Origin: a virus
Lineage: Duplodnaviria; Caudoviricetes
IMG/VR virus record: IMGVR_UViG_3300024507_000173
Coordinates: 1 to 64,000 of that record
Length of the DNA: 64,000 bases
Strand: one strand, 5' to 3'
Below, one piece after another: positions 38,819-47,551 of the stretch. How positions within the stretch are numbered: position 1 is the stretch's first letter; each line of letters opens with the position of its first letter. The translations under genes and the position numbers were made by a program. A model generated the notes under the pieces. It had not been told where the DNA came from. It made no database searches and saw nothing but the letters and a program-made list of their open reading frames with translations.

Positions 38819-39540
38819 GAGCAGCAGAGTTTATTACTCCTCAAGAATTAGAGGAAGGTTGGAAAGACTGGGTAGCCGGTGCTGCTTTAGGTGCTGCCGC
38901 ATTAGGGCACAGTCCTAGTGCAGAGGCAGGCAAAGTAAAAAACCAAAACGATAAACCTGCAATTGTACAACAGGCAAAACAACAACATACCAAAAAAGTA
39001 GATCCGTTAAAAACAATTAGCAAAAAAGATGTTGCTAAATCTGTTACAGGAAATCCGCACGAAGTGTACCTTAAAAAGGCTGCTGAGAAAGCAGGTATAA
39101 AAGGGCCAGAGCTTGCTGCGTTTCTAGCTCAATGTGCTCACGAAACATTAGACTTTAAACATATGAAAGAAATTGGTGGATCTTTAGATTTTAAAAAATA
39201 CGATCCTAGATACGCTCCTCGCAAGGCAAAAATTTTAGGAAACAAACAAGCAGGGGACGGTGCCAAATATAAGGGACGTGGTTATATTCAGTTAACTGGA
39301 CGAGAAAATTATAAAAAAGCCGGAGAAGCTCTAGGTCTTCCTTTAGAAAAACATCCAGAGCTTGTAGAAAAACCTGAAGTTGCTGCCAAAGTTGCAGTAT
39401 GGTATTGGAAAACCCGTGTTGCTAATAAAGTTGATAGTTTTAAAGATACAAAATCTGTAACTAAACCAATTAATCCAGGAATGAAACATCTAGATCAACG
39501 TAAAGAAAAACATCAAGCATTCCAGCTAGCTATGCGATAA
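38815..39540 (+). CDS. Second GH19 lysozyme/chitinase-like protein, probably virion-associated
   Basis: AAFLAQCAHET and YKGRGYIQLTGRENY motifs. N-terminal MRAAEFI...LEEG extension. Confidence 0.85.
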   Translation: MRAAEFITPQELEEGWKDWVAGAALGAAALGHSPSAEAGKVKNQNDKPAIVQQAKQQHTKKVDPLKTISKKDVAKSVTGNPHEVYLKKAAEKAGIKGPELAAFLAQCAHETLDFKHMKEIGGSLDFKKYDPRYAPRKAKILGNKQAGDGAKYKGRGYIQLTGRENYKKAGEALGLPLEKHPELVEKPEVAAKVAVWYWKTRVANKVDSFKDTKSVTKPINPGMKHLDQRKEKHQAFQLAMR

Positions 39541-39548
39541 ATATTAAT

Positions 39549-39794
39549 ATGAAAATAAGTGAACTTTTAGAAACAGCCACAGCAGGTGCTACTTCAGCAG
39601 GTAATATTGCTACCGTTGCAAATCCGCATATTAGCCCAGGAAAAGCTCGTGGAAAAACAAGCTATACTGGTAGCCCGGGAAAATCTGGCACAAAGGCTCC
39701 TCCGCAGCCTAAACCCAAGAAACAAAAGCCAACAGATAACGCATTAAATATGAAAACTAATATCTTTGGCGAAGGCAACTTCATTAAAAGATAA
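39549..39794 (+). CDS. Putative internal head protein
   Basis: MKISELLE-TATAGATSAG N-terminus and CGATAAATA 39535-39543. Confidence 0.6.
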   Translation: MKISELLETATAGATSAGNIATVANPHISPGKARGKTSYTGSPGKSGTKAPPQPKPKKQKPTDNALNMKTNIFGEGNFIKR

Positions 39795-39824
39795 ATAAAG
39801 TATACACCTTTTAGGACTTTTATT

Positions 39825-40703
39825 ATGGACTTTAAATCACTAATTACTAAAATTGAGAGCATCGACGGCAAGATCGAAACTCCTGCTGCTCCTCAATTAC
39901 CAAAATCTGTACAGTTAAACGAAGACGCAGAATTGCGTGTTTTAGCTGGACAATCTTCTTACATTGCTGAAGCAAAGAAAGCAAAAGAAGAAAAGAAAGA
40001 AGAAGTTGAAGAAGGCTTTGACGCTGATGCTAAAACTGGCGATACAAAGAAAACTTCAACAGGTACTTTAACAAAAACTGCAACAGGTGTAAAACACACT
40101 CGTGACAAGTTTGAATACGATCCAGGTTCAGATGACAAGGACGACAAGAAGCGTAAAGAAAAAGCTCGTAAGTCTGCTAAAGAATCTGTAGATCCAGAAC
40201 AATTTAAGTCTAAATTCCTAAAAATGGTTGAGGCTAAAAAGTCTGATAAAGAAGATAAAAAAGCCAAGAAAGAAAAGAAAATGGACGAAGGTGCAAAGCC
40301 AGATTTCTTAGACATTGACAAAGACGGTGACAAGAAAGAGCCAATGAAAAAAGCTGCTGCCGAAAAAGGCGGTAACAAGAAAGATGGCAAGAAAGGTATG
40401 AGCGACAAGCAGGCAAAATACTTTGGTGGCAAGAAAAACGAATCTGTTAAAACTTCTAAGAAAGTTGTTGCTGAAAGTGTAGAACAAAAACTAACATTTA
40501 AGCAAATGGTTCAGTTGGTTCAAGAAAGCGGCGGTCAACAACAAATTGATGCAATTGATACAGAATTGTTCAACTGGGCTCAACGTGTTGCTGTTGCTAA
40601 ACTAGGCGAAGGTATGAAAGCAGATCTATACGCAGGTTTAATTTACGAACGTAACGGCGGCGTATTTGAAATGTATGACGTACTAAGCGAAGATCAAAAG
40701 TAA
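39825..40703 (+). CDS. Lys/Glu-rich putative head core/scaffold-like protein
   Basis: Multiple LNE/VEE/MDE/AES sites, an EF-hand-like DFLDIDKDGD motif and a late box at 39790-39797. Confidence 0.55.
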   Translation: MDFKSLITKIESIDGKIETPAAPQLPKSVQLNEDAELRVLAGQSSYIAEAKKAKEEKKEEVEEGFDADAKTGDTKKTSTGTLTKTATGVKHTRDKFEYDPGSDDKDDKKRKEKARKSAKESVDPEQFKSKFLKMVEAKKSDKEDKKAKKEKKMDEGAKPDFLDIDKDGDKKEPMKKAAAEKGGNKKDGKKGMSDKQAKYFGGKKNESVKTSKKVVAESVEQKLTFKQMVQLVQESGGQQQIDAIDTELFNWAQRVAVAKLGEGMKADLYAGLIYERNGGVFEMYDVLSEDQK

Positions 40704-40721
40704 TTTAACCAAAAGGTGTAG

Positions 40722-40753
40722 AAAAGCCAGTCATAGGTTGACTGGCTTTTTTT
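40722..40753 (+). terminator. Rho-independent terminator
   Basis: AAAAGCCAGTCA-taggt-TGACTGGCTTTT followed by TTT. Confidence 0.85.
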
Positions 40754-40766
40754 GTGGCTATATAAT
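40738..40766 (+). promoter_or_regulatory. Sigma70 promoter for the replication operon
   Basis: TTGACT(40738)-17 bp-TATAAT(40761). Confidence 0.75.
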
Positions 40767-40791
40767 ATACTTTTATATACAGGAGAATACT

Positions 40792-41052
40792 ATGGCAAAA
40801 ATGTACGGTCCAGAAGAAAAGGCTAAACTTGAGCGTCTCATTAACGAAGGTGGAAATGTATTGCGCGAAATTGAAGATCTCCAAGAAGGCCTAAAAGAAA
40901 CCGTTAAGGCCGTAGCAGAAGAGCTACAAGTTAAACCTAGCATTATTAATAAAGCAATTAAGATTGCACATAAAGACAATTGGAAGTCTCACGAAGAAGA
41001 GTGGGATGAAATTGAAATGATTTTGGGCGTTACCAAACGTTTACCCGAATGA
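40792..41052 (+). CDS. Small dsDNA-binding protein (T4 DsbA/GapR-like)
   Basis: Helical L.RLI.E...EIEDL...LKE...E..V.P..I.K.IK pattern. AGGAG RBS before ATG 40792. Confidence 0.55.
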   Translation: MAKMYGPEEKAKLERLINEGGNVLREIEDLQEGLKETVKAVAEELQVKPSIINKAIKIAHKDNWKSHEEEWDEIEMILGVTKRLPE

Positions 41053-41339
41053 TAGAATATTTTCAACCAACTATACAATGGATCAAAGATGATTGGGCAT
41101 CTAACCGTTTACGTTTTATTATTGAGCTCCTTGCTTGGGCTATCTCAATTGGATGTAGCATCACAATGGCTGTCACAGTACCCAATCCTCCACTCCTTGC
41201 TTTATATCCTATTTGGATCACTGGTTGTGCTATGTATGCTTGGGCTGCTTGGACTAGGAAATCTTTTGGGATGCTGGCTAACTACATCCTGCTCACCACC
41301 ATTGATAGTGTTGGGCTGGTAAGAATGCTAATTAGTTAA
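41049..41339 (+). CDS. Small 3-TM membrane protein
   Basis: Three hydrophobic segments. Confidence 0.7.
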   Translation: MIEYFQPTIQWIKDDWASNRLRFIIELLAWAISIGCSITMAVTVPNPPLLALYPIWITGCAMYAWAAWTRKSFGMLANYILLTTIDSVGLVRMLIS

Positions 41340-41414
41340 ATATAAGATAGATGGTAGGCTGGGCCATAAACCGCATTTTTGGTATTTGCAAGCCGTAAAT
41401 TGCATAGGAGAAAA

Positions 41415-44084
41415 ATGAGTTACGTTGACGCTTTCTATGATCGCGAGGACGATACTATTCGTGTCGTCGAGCGAAATGATAAAGGTGAAAGGCATTTTAA
41501 GGATTATCCTGCCAAACATCTTTTCTATTACTATGACCCTAAAGGTAAATTTCAATCTATCAAGGGTGAACCACTAAGCCGTGTAAGTTGTAAGAATGTA
41601 AAAGAACTTCGCAAAGAACTTGCAATTCATTCTAACAAAAAACTATACGAATCAGATATTAATCCAATCTTTCGTTGTTTAGAAGATCATTATCTAAACA
41701 TTGATGCGCCGAAACTAAATGCAGCCTACTTCGATATTGAAGTAGATTTTGATCCAGAACGTGGCTACGCTTCGCCTGATGATGCATTTATGCCAATTAC
41801 CGCAATTGCTGTTCACCTGCAATGGTTGGACACACTTGTATGTCTTGCTATTCCTCCAAAGACAATGTCAATGGAAGAAGCTCAAAAGGCTGTCGAAGAA
41901 TTTCCTAACACGATGTTATTTGACAACGAAGCAGATATGTTGGATACATTTTTAGATCTTATTCAAGATGCTGATGTGTTGTCTGGTTGGAACAGTGAAG
42001 GTTTTGATATTCCGTATACTGTAAATCGTGTTATTAAAGTTCTAAGCAAAGAGGATACTAAACGTTTCTGTTTGTGGGATTGTTATCCTAAGAAACGTGA
42101 ATACGAAAAGTACGGAAAGACTGCTGTTACATATGATCTTATCGGTCGTGTGCATATGGACTATTTAGAATTATATCGAAAATACACATATGAAGAAAGA
42201 CACACCTATCGATTAGATGCCATCGGTGAAATGGAAGTTGGTGAAAAGAAGGTTGCCTACGAGGGAACGCTTGATCAATTATATAACAATGACTTTAAAA
42301 AGTTTATTGAATATAACAGACAAGATACTGCACTACTTGACAAACTAGATAAGAAACTAAAATTCCTAGACCTGTCCAACAAGATTGCACACGAAAACAC
42401 AGTTCTGCTACAGACAACAATGGGTGCTGTTGCCGTAACTGAACAAGCCATTATTAATGAAGCTCACCGTCGTGGTATGATTGTTCCTAATCGTAAAAAG
42501 ATGGAGGAGCAAGGAGACACACAGGCCGCTGGCGCTTATGTTGCATATCCAAAGAAAGGCATCCACGAGTGGATTGGCTCATTAGATATTAACTCACTGT
42601 ATCCGTCTGCGATTCGTGCGCTGAATATGGGCCCGGAAACTATTGTAGGACAACTACGTGCAGATGGTACCAAAGCACATCTTGAAACAGAAATGGGCAA
42701 GGGTAAATCATTTGCTGCTGCTTGGGAAGGAATATTTGGATCATTAGAATATACTTCTGTTATGAACAAAGAAGTTGGTCGAGAAATTACCATCGACTGG
42801 GAAGGCGGCGGTAGTGATACCCTGTCGGCCGCACAAATCTATGATTTAATCTTTGAAAGCAACCAACCTTGGATGATCTCAGCAAATGGAACTATCTTTA
42901 CCTATGAAGTAGAAGGTATCATTCCAGGTCTGTTAGCACGTTGGTACAAAGAACGTAAAGAGATGCAGGCCAAACTTAAAGAATGCATCAAGGCAGGTAA
43001 TACTGTTGAAGAAGAATACTGGGATAAACGACAACTAGTTAAGAAGATTAACCTAAACAGTTTGTACGGTGCTATTCTTAACCCAGGTTGCCGTTTCTTT
43101 GATAATAGAATTGGTCAAAGTACTACGCTTACAGGACGTCAGATTGCCAAACATATGGCAAGTAAAGTTAATGAAATTATTACCGGAGAATATGATCACG
43201 TTGGCAAATCAGTGATCTACGGTGACACAGACTCTTGTTATTTTTCAGCTTATTCAACGCTGAAGAAAGACATTGAGAAGGGCCTTGTTCCTTGGAATAA
43301 GGAAAACGTTGTTGAACTTTATGACACTATAGGAGAAACTGTAAATGGTACTTTCGTCAAATTCATGCAAGATGCCTTCCACGTTCCAAAATCTCGAGGA
43401 GAGGTCATCAAAGCAGGTCGCGAGATTGTTGCTTCCAAAGGACTATTCATCACAAAGAAACGATATGCCGTGCTCTACTACGACAAAGAAGGAAAGCGGG
43501 CAGACGTCGATGGCAAGCCAGGCAAGATCAAAGCAATGGGGCTTGACCTCAAAAGGTCAGATACCCCGGTTGTTATCCAAGACTTTTTAAGTGACGTACT
43601 TACAAAAGTTCTTAATGGAGCTCCGCAAGAAGAAGTACTAGAGTTTATTACAGACTTTAGAACAGATTTTAAAACACGCCCAGGATGGGAGAAAGGATCA
43701 CCAAAACGTGCAAACAACATTACAGAATACGCCAGTAAAGAGAAGAAAGCTGGCAAGGCAAATATGCCTGGTCATGTTAGAGCAAGCCTTAATTGGAATA
43801 CGCTCAAACGCCTCTACGACGACAAATACTCAATGCAAATCGTCGACGGAGCAAAAGTCATTGTCTGCAAATTAAAAGACAATCCTATGGGATATACGTC
43901 AGTAGCATATCCTGTAGACGAACTACGTTTACCTCAATGGTTTAAAGATTTACCATTCGATGACGGTTTGATGGAAACTACTGTTATCGATGAAAAATTA
44001 GAAAACTTAATTGGAGTACTAGAATGGGATATCAGTTCTACTAGAAATGATAATACCTTTAGCAAATTATTTGATTTTGAGTGA
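41415..44084 (+). CDS. Family B DNA polymerase
   Basis: Exonuclease motifs FDIE and GWNSEGFD. Polymerase motifs DINSLYPS, KINLNSLYG, YGDTDS and KKRY. Start at ATG 41415 after AGGAG. Confidence 0.95.
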   Translation: MSYVDAFYDREDDTIRVVERNDKGERHFKDYPAKHLFYYYDPKGKFQSIKGEPLSRVSCKNVKELRKELAIHSNKKLYESDINPIFRCLEDHYLNIDAPKLNAAYFDIEVDFDPERGYASPDDAFMPITAIAVHLQWLDTLVCLAIPPKTMSMEEAQKAVEEFPNTMLFDNEADMLDTFLDLIQDADVLSGWNSEGFDIPYTVNRVIKVLSKEDTKRFCLWDCYPKKREYEKYGKTAVTYDLIGRVHMDYLELYRKYTYEERHTYRLDAIGEMEVGEKKVAYEGTLDQLYNNDFKKFIEYNRQDTALLDKLDKKLKFLDLSNKIAHENTVLLQTTMGAVAVTEQAIINEAHRRGMIVPNRKKMEEQGDTQAAGAYVAYPKKGIHEWIGSLDINSLYPSAIRALNMGPETIVGQLRADGTKAHLETEMGKGKSFAAAWEGIFGSLEYTSVMNKEVGREITIDWEGGGSDTLSAAQIYDLIFESNQPWMISANGTIFTYEVEGIIPGLLARWYKERKEMQAKLKECIKAGNTVEEEYWDKRQLVKKINLNSLYGAILNPGCRFFDNRIGQSTTLTGRQIAKHMASKVNEIITGEYDHVGKSVIYGDTDSCYFSAYSTLKKDIEKGLVPWNKENVVELYDTIGETVNGTFVKFMQDAFHVPKSRGEVIKAGREIVASKGLFITKKRYAVLYYDKEGKRADVDGKPGKIKAMGLDLKRSDTPVVIQDFLSDVLTKVLNGAPQEEVLEFITDFRTDFKTRPGWEKGSPKRANNITEYASKEKKAGKANMPGHVRASLNWNTLKRLYDDKYSMQIVDGAKVIVCKLKDNPMGYTSVAYPVDELRLPQWFKDLPFDDGLMETTVIDEKLENLIGVLEWDISSTRNDNTFSKLFDFE

Positions 44085-44092
44085 TTTCAAGG

Positions 44093-44121
44093 TTGATTTT
44101 TATTCACGATCTAAATATAAT
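44093..44121 (+). promoter_or_regulatory. Overlapping sigma70 and late promoters
   Basis: TTGATT(44093)-17 bp-TATAAT(44116), with TAAATA at 44112-44117. Confidence 0.55.
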
Positions 44122-44145
44122 CTTAATATACATGGAGATATCTAA

Positions 44146-44883
44146 ATGAAAGACATTTTACAAGACATTGTGTCACATACACAAAACCTAGGCTTTTTAA
44201 CCACAGTCAAAGTTACAGGCACAGAAGAAAAGACTACAATTAACTCAATGGCAGATGACCGTTCAGTTATTATGGATGCAGAAACTGCTAATCCTTATCC
44301 AGATATGATTGGTGTATTTGGTATGCCGCAACTTAACAAGTTGAAATATTTGTTAGATGGCAGCGAATACAAGGATGATGCAAAAATTACTATCACATCA
44401 GCAGAACGTAATGGTGAAACTATCCCCGTCGGTATCCACTTTGAAAACAAAGACGGCGATTTCCGCAACGACTATCGCTTTATGAATCAGGAAATCATCA
44501 ACGAAAAGATGAAGACTGTTAAGTTCCGCGGTGTTAAGTGGGATGTTGAACTAGAGCCAACCGTTGCTGCTGTACAGCGTTTTAATTTCCAAGCTGGTGC
44601 TAACAGCGAACATCCAACATTCCTTGCAAAAACTGACGGTGGCAATTTGAAATTTATCTTTGGTGATGCAAGCACACACGGCGGTGAGTTTATTTTTGCA
44701 CAGAACGTTGCAGGTAAACTGGATCGTGGTTGGACTTGGCCGGTGCTTCCAATCTTGAGCATTCTTAAGATTGCCGATGTCAACAACACAAAGATGAGTT
44801 TGTCAAATGAAGGTGCTATCCAAATCACTCTAGACAGCGGATTGGCAACATACAAATACATTATTCCAGCACAGGCGGCCTAA
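44146..44883 (+). CDS. Probable sliding clamp (gp45/PCNA-like)
   Basis: 245 aa with a two-domain alpha/beta pattern and a C-terminal YKYIIP. Follows PolB, and a clamp loader is present. Confidence 0.55.
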   Translation: MKDILQDIVSHTQNLGFLTTVKVTGTEEKTTINSMADDRSVIMDAETANPYPDMIGVFGMPQLNKLKYLLDGSEYKDDAKITITSAERNGETIPVGIHFENKDGDFRNDYRFMNQEIINEKMKTVKFRGVKWDVELEPTVAAVQRFNFQAGANSEHPTFLAKTDGGNLKFIFGDASTHGGEFIFAQNVAGKLDRGWTWPVLPILSILKIADVNNTKMSLSNEGAIQITLDSGLATYKYIIPAQAA

Positions 44884-45251
44884 TGATTAATAACGTTAGT
44901 AGTTCCAGCAAACATATGTATGCCGCAGGGGGAAGTTCGCTTCCCTATGTGTCATCTAATATGTCAAATCCTTCTCAAGGTATGTTGAGATTAAACGGCA
45001 GCGATATGGAAGTATTTGATGGCCATACGTGGATGAAGATTTATGCAGGGTCTGCAAACGTAGGCCTAAATAATGACGCAGAAAAAGCCATTGACTGGGC
45101 TATTAAACGTATGAAGCAAGAAGAAGAATGGTACAAGTTAGCAACAACTAACGAAGCAGTTCGCATTGCATTAGACCAATTAGAACAGGCAAAGACAAGA
45201 GTAGAACTTACAGCACATTTAGCGAGAGATTATGAAACAACAACCAGTTGA
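44883..45251 (+). CDS. Hypothetical protein
   Basis: 122-aa coupled ORF. Confidence 0.6.
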   Translation: MINNVSSSSKHMYAAGGSSLPYVSSNMSNPSQGMLRLNGSDMEVFDGHTWMKIYAGSANVGLNNDAEKAIDWAIKRMKQEEEWYKLATTNEAVRIALDQLEQAKTRVELTAHLARDYETTTS

Positions 45252-46788
45252 TTTAACACCATTACAGAAAGACTATGCGGTTTACTTACCTGCTATTAGT
45301 TCTTTCTATTCTACATACGTTGCAAAACAACGTTTAGAAAAATTTATTCCAGACGATCGCGTTCCTCAAGGATTTGATCGCGGCATTGAAGGTATGAACT
45401 TCTTGAATCCAGAGCAAGGCTATTTTTATTACAAATATGCGTTGTATTCAGCAGGTCACGCACAGTTAGACATTAATAAAAGTATCACACAAGAATCTAT
45501 GATTCAACAACGTGATCGTAACGCTACTATGATATTAGGTGATTCAGGCGGTTATCAGATCGGTAAAGGTGTTATTAAGTTCGACTGGCAAAATTTTGAA
45601 GGCTCAGAAGCAAATAAAACTCGCGAAAAGATCTTAACTTGGCTAGATGTTACTGCTGATTGGTCAATGATGTTAGACGTTCCGACCTGGGCTTGTGACC
45701 ATATTCATAGTCCAAAGACAGGTTTAAAATCATTTCAAGATTGTTTAGATAAAACAAGATTTAACAATGAATATTTTATTCAAAATCGTTTAGGTGCAAA
45801 AGATGGCGGTACTAAACTGTTAAATGTTTTACAGGGTAGTAACTGGGAAAACGCAGAAGCGTGGTACCAGGGTGTAAAAGAATACTCCGATACTAGCAAG
45901 TACGGAGACAGAGCCGCAGAAGGATGGGCTATGGGTGGTGCTAATATGTGTAAGATGCCTATTACACTACGTAGACTGATTACTATGCGGTTTGACGGTA
46001 TGCTAGAAGGCAAGGATTGGATGCACTTCTTGGGTACTGCACAGTTGGACTGGGCTTGTTATCTAACAAGCATTCAGCGTCAAATTAGAAAGCACGTAAA
46101 TGAAAACTTCACAATTTCCTTTGACTGCGCATCACCTTTCATCGCAACAGCTCACGGATTGGTATATACTAACGCCCAACATACCAATAAGCGATTCTCT
46201 GTTATCATGGATAAAGCCCCGGACAATAAGAGTCTTGCCAGACGGCACGATATACCTTTTCCTTTCGAATCCGATTTTGGTCGCAGACTTACAGTCGCTG
46301 ATATTTGCCACTATGCACCGGGAATGTTAAACAAGATTGGTAAAGAAGGTAAAACTTCTTGGGATAGTTTTGCCTATGCTCTAATGATGGGTCATAATGT
46401 TGAATGTCACATTCGTGCTGTTCAAAGATCTAATAATCTAGCAGATATTGAATATGCAAGTCACAGACCAGATTGGAGACACTGGCGCAAGGTTAAAGAT
46501 GCAGATAAAAGTGATGAATACTCAGAATGGGTACCGCGCAACATTCTGTATTTTAATAGATTTGTTGAAGAATTGTTTGAACTCAAGACTAAAGAAGAAG
46601 CATTTGAAATGATTGCTGAAGCAGAACGTCTTGGATTTTTACAAAACTTAGAAGGTGCTCGTCTACGTGGTGGTGTTACTAACATTGTAGATAGTCTTTT
46701 TGATGAAGTCAAAGAAGATGGAACTGTTGAAGTTCCTTGGACTGACGACAGAGAAGACGAAGAGTTGGATAATTTAAAAGTTGAATAA
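45232..46788 (+). CDS. dpdA: DpdA/TGT-like guanine transglycosylase
   Basis: GDSGGYQ, MMLDVP, VLQG, GWAMGG, HFLG and SFDCAS TGT-barrel motifs. folE and queE are nearby. Confidence 0.75.
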   Translation: MKQQPVDLTPLQKDYAVYLPAISSFYSTYVAKQRLEKFIPDDRVPQGFDRGIEGMNFLNPEQGYFYYKYALYSAGHAQLDINKSITQESMIQQRDRNATMILGDSGGYQIGKGVIKFDWQNFEGSEANKTREKILTWLDVTADWSMMLDVPTWACDHIHSPKTGLKSFQDCLDKTRFNNEYFIQNRLGAKDGGTKLLNVLQGSNWENAEAWYQGVKEYSDTSKYGDRAAEGWAMGGANMCKMPITLRRLITMRFDGMLEGKDWMHFLGTAQLDWACYLTSIQRQIRKHVNENFTISFDCASPFIATAHGLVYTNAQHTNKRFSVIMDKAPDNKSLARRHDIPFPFESDFGRRLTVADICHYAPGMLNKIGKEGKTSWDSFAYALMMGHNVECHIRAVQRSNNLADIEYASHRPDWRHWRKVKDADKSDEYSEWVPRNILYFNRFVEELFELKTKEEAFEMIAEAERLGFLQNLEGARLRGGVTNIVDSLFDEVKEDGTVEVPWTDDREDEELDNLKVE

Positions 46789-46796
46789 GGCTTAAA

Positions 46797-47198
46797 ATGC
46801 GATCTCTATCTAGGAATCACGCTCCTAAATGTAGTTTACCCGGTTGCAATACTCAAGTAGGGTACCATAAAGGTTATGTTAAAAAAGATGGTACACCTAC
46901 CTGGAAATGGAAAACTTTTTGCAATCTTCATAGAACTGTGTTAAGGTTTGAAGTGGACGAATGGATGCAATCAAAAGGATGCGAAAACCAATCAGGATAC
47001 CTTGGATGGTTTTGTAGAGATCCGTATAGAAGTCTTACCATAGATCATCACGACGGTGATAAAGGCAATACATCTTCAGACAATTTAAAAATCTTGTGCG
47101 CAAATTGCCATAACGAAAAAAGTAAAATGTTTGGAGATCACAAAAAGAAATATTCTTATACAAATAAGATGTTCACAACTTTATTTGAAGAGGTTTAA
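46797..47198 (+). CDS. HNH endonuclease
   Basis: LTIDHHDGD..N....NLKILCANCH, plus an N-terminal C..C...C.H zinc motif. Confidence 0.8.
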   Translation: MRSLSRNHAPKCSLPGCNTQVGYHKGYVKKDGTPTWKWKTFCNLHRTVLRFEVDEWMQSKGCENQSGYLGWFCRDPYRSLTIDHHDGDKGNTSSDNLKILCANCHNEKSKMFGDHKKKYSYTNKMFTTLFEEV

Positions 47199-47199
47199 T

Positions 47200-47382
47200 A
47201 TGTACGAAAATAGAATTAAGCACTTGGAAGAAGCACATCGTATGCTTGATAAAAAAGTAGACGATATGGAAAGAACAGGAATATTTGGGGAAGAGAATAT
47301 TCACGAACTTAAAAAGAAACGACTCTTTTTAAAAGATGAGATCGAAATGCTAAGGGCAAAACAGGCGGGGTTGGAAGAATGA
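47200..47382 (+). CDS. DUF465/YdcH-like coiled-coil protein
   Basis: L...H..LD.........LKKKRL.LKDEI. ATG 47200 follows GAGG. Confidence 0.65.
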   Translation: MYENRIKHLEEAHRMLDKKVDDMERTGIFGEENIHELKKKRLFLKDEIEMLRAKQAGLEE

Positions 47383-47549
47383 AATGCCAAACCTGTAATT
47401 TACAAATTCAACCAAATTGTGATTGGAATCAAGGAAGATGTCCGCATAGAGAACCTCTTTTGAGCTCAGCATTTCTTGACAATTATCATTTTAGATACTA
47501 TAATTTAATTCAGTCCATTAAAAGATTATTTGCTAAAAAGGAAAAATAA
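47379..47549 (+). CDS. Small Cys-rich protein (56 aa, not in the ORF track)
   Basis: Translated by hand as MKCQTCNLQIQPNCDWNQGRCPH... ATGA overlap with the upstream gene. Confidence 0.55.
   Translation: MKCQTCNLQIQPNCDWNQGRCPHREPLLSSAFLDNYHFRYYNLIQSIKRLFAKKEK
47476..47504 (+). promoter_or_regulatory. Consensus sigma70 promoter
   Basis: TTGACA(47476)-17 bp-TATAAT(47499). Confidence 0.8.
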
Positions 47550-47551
47550 TT

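Noticed and set aside
41415-44084. Intein or intron in PolB
   Set aside because: The length (about 890 aa) is normal, the motifs are contiguous, and no intein terminal or LAGLIDADG signatures are seen.
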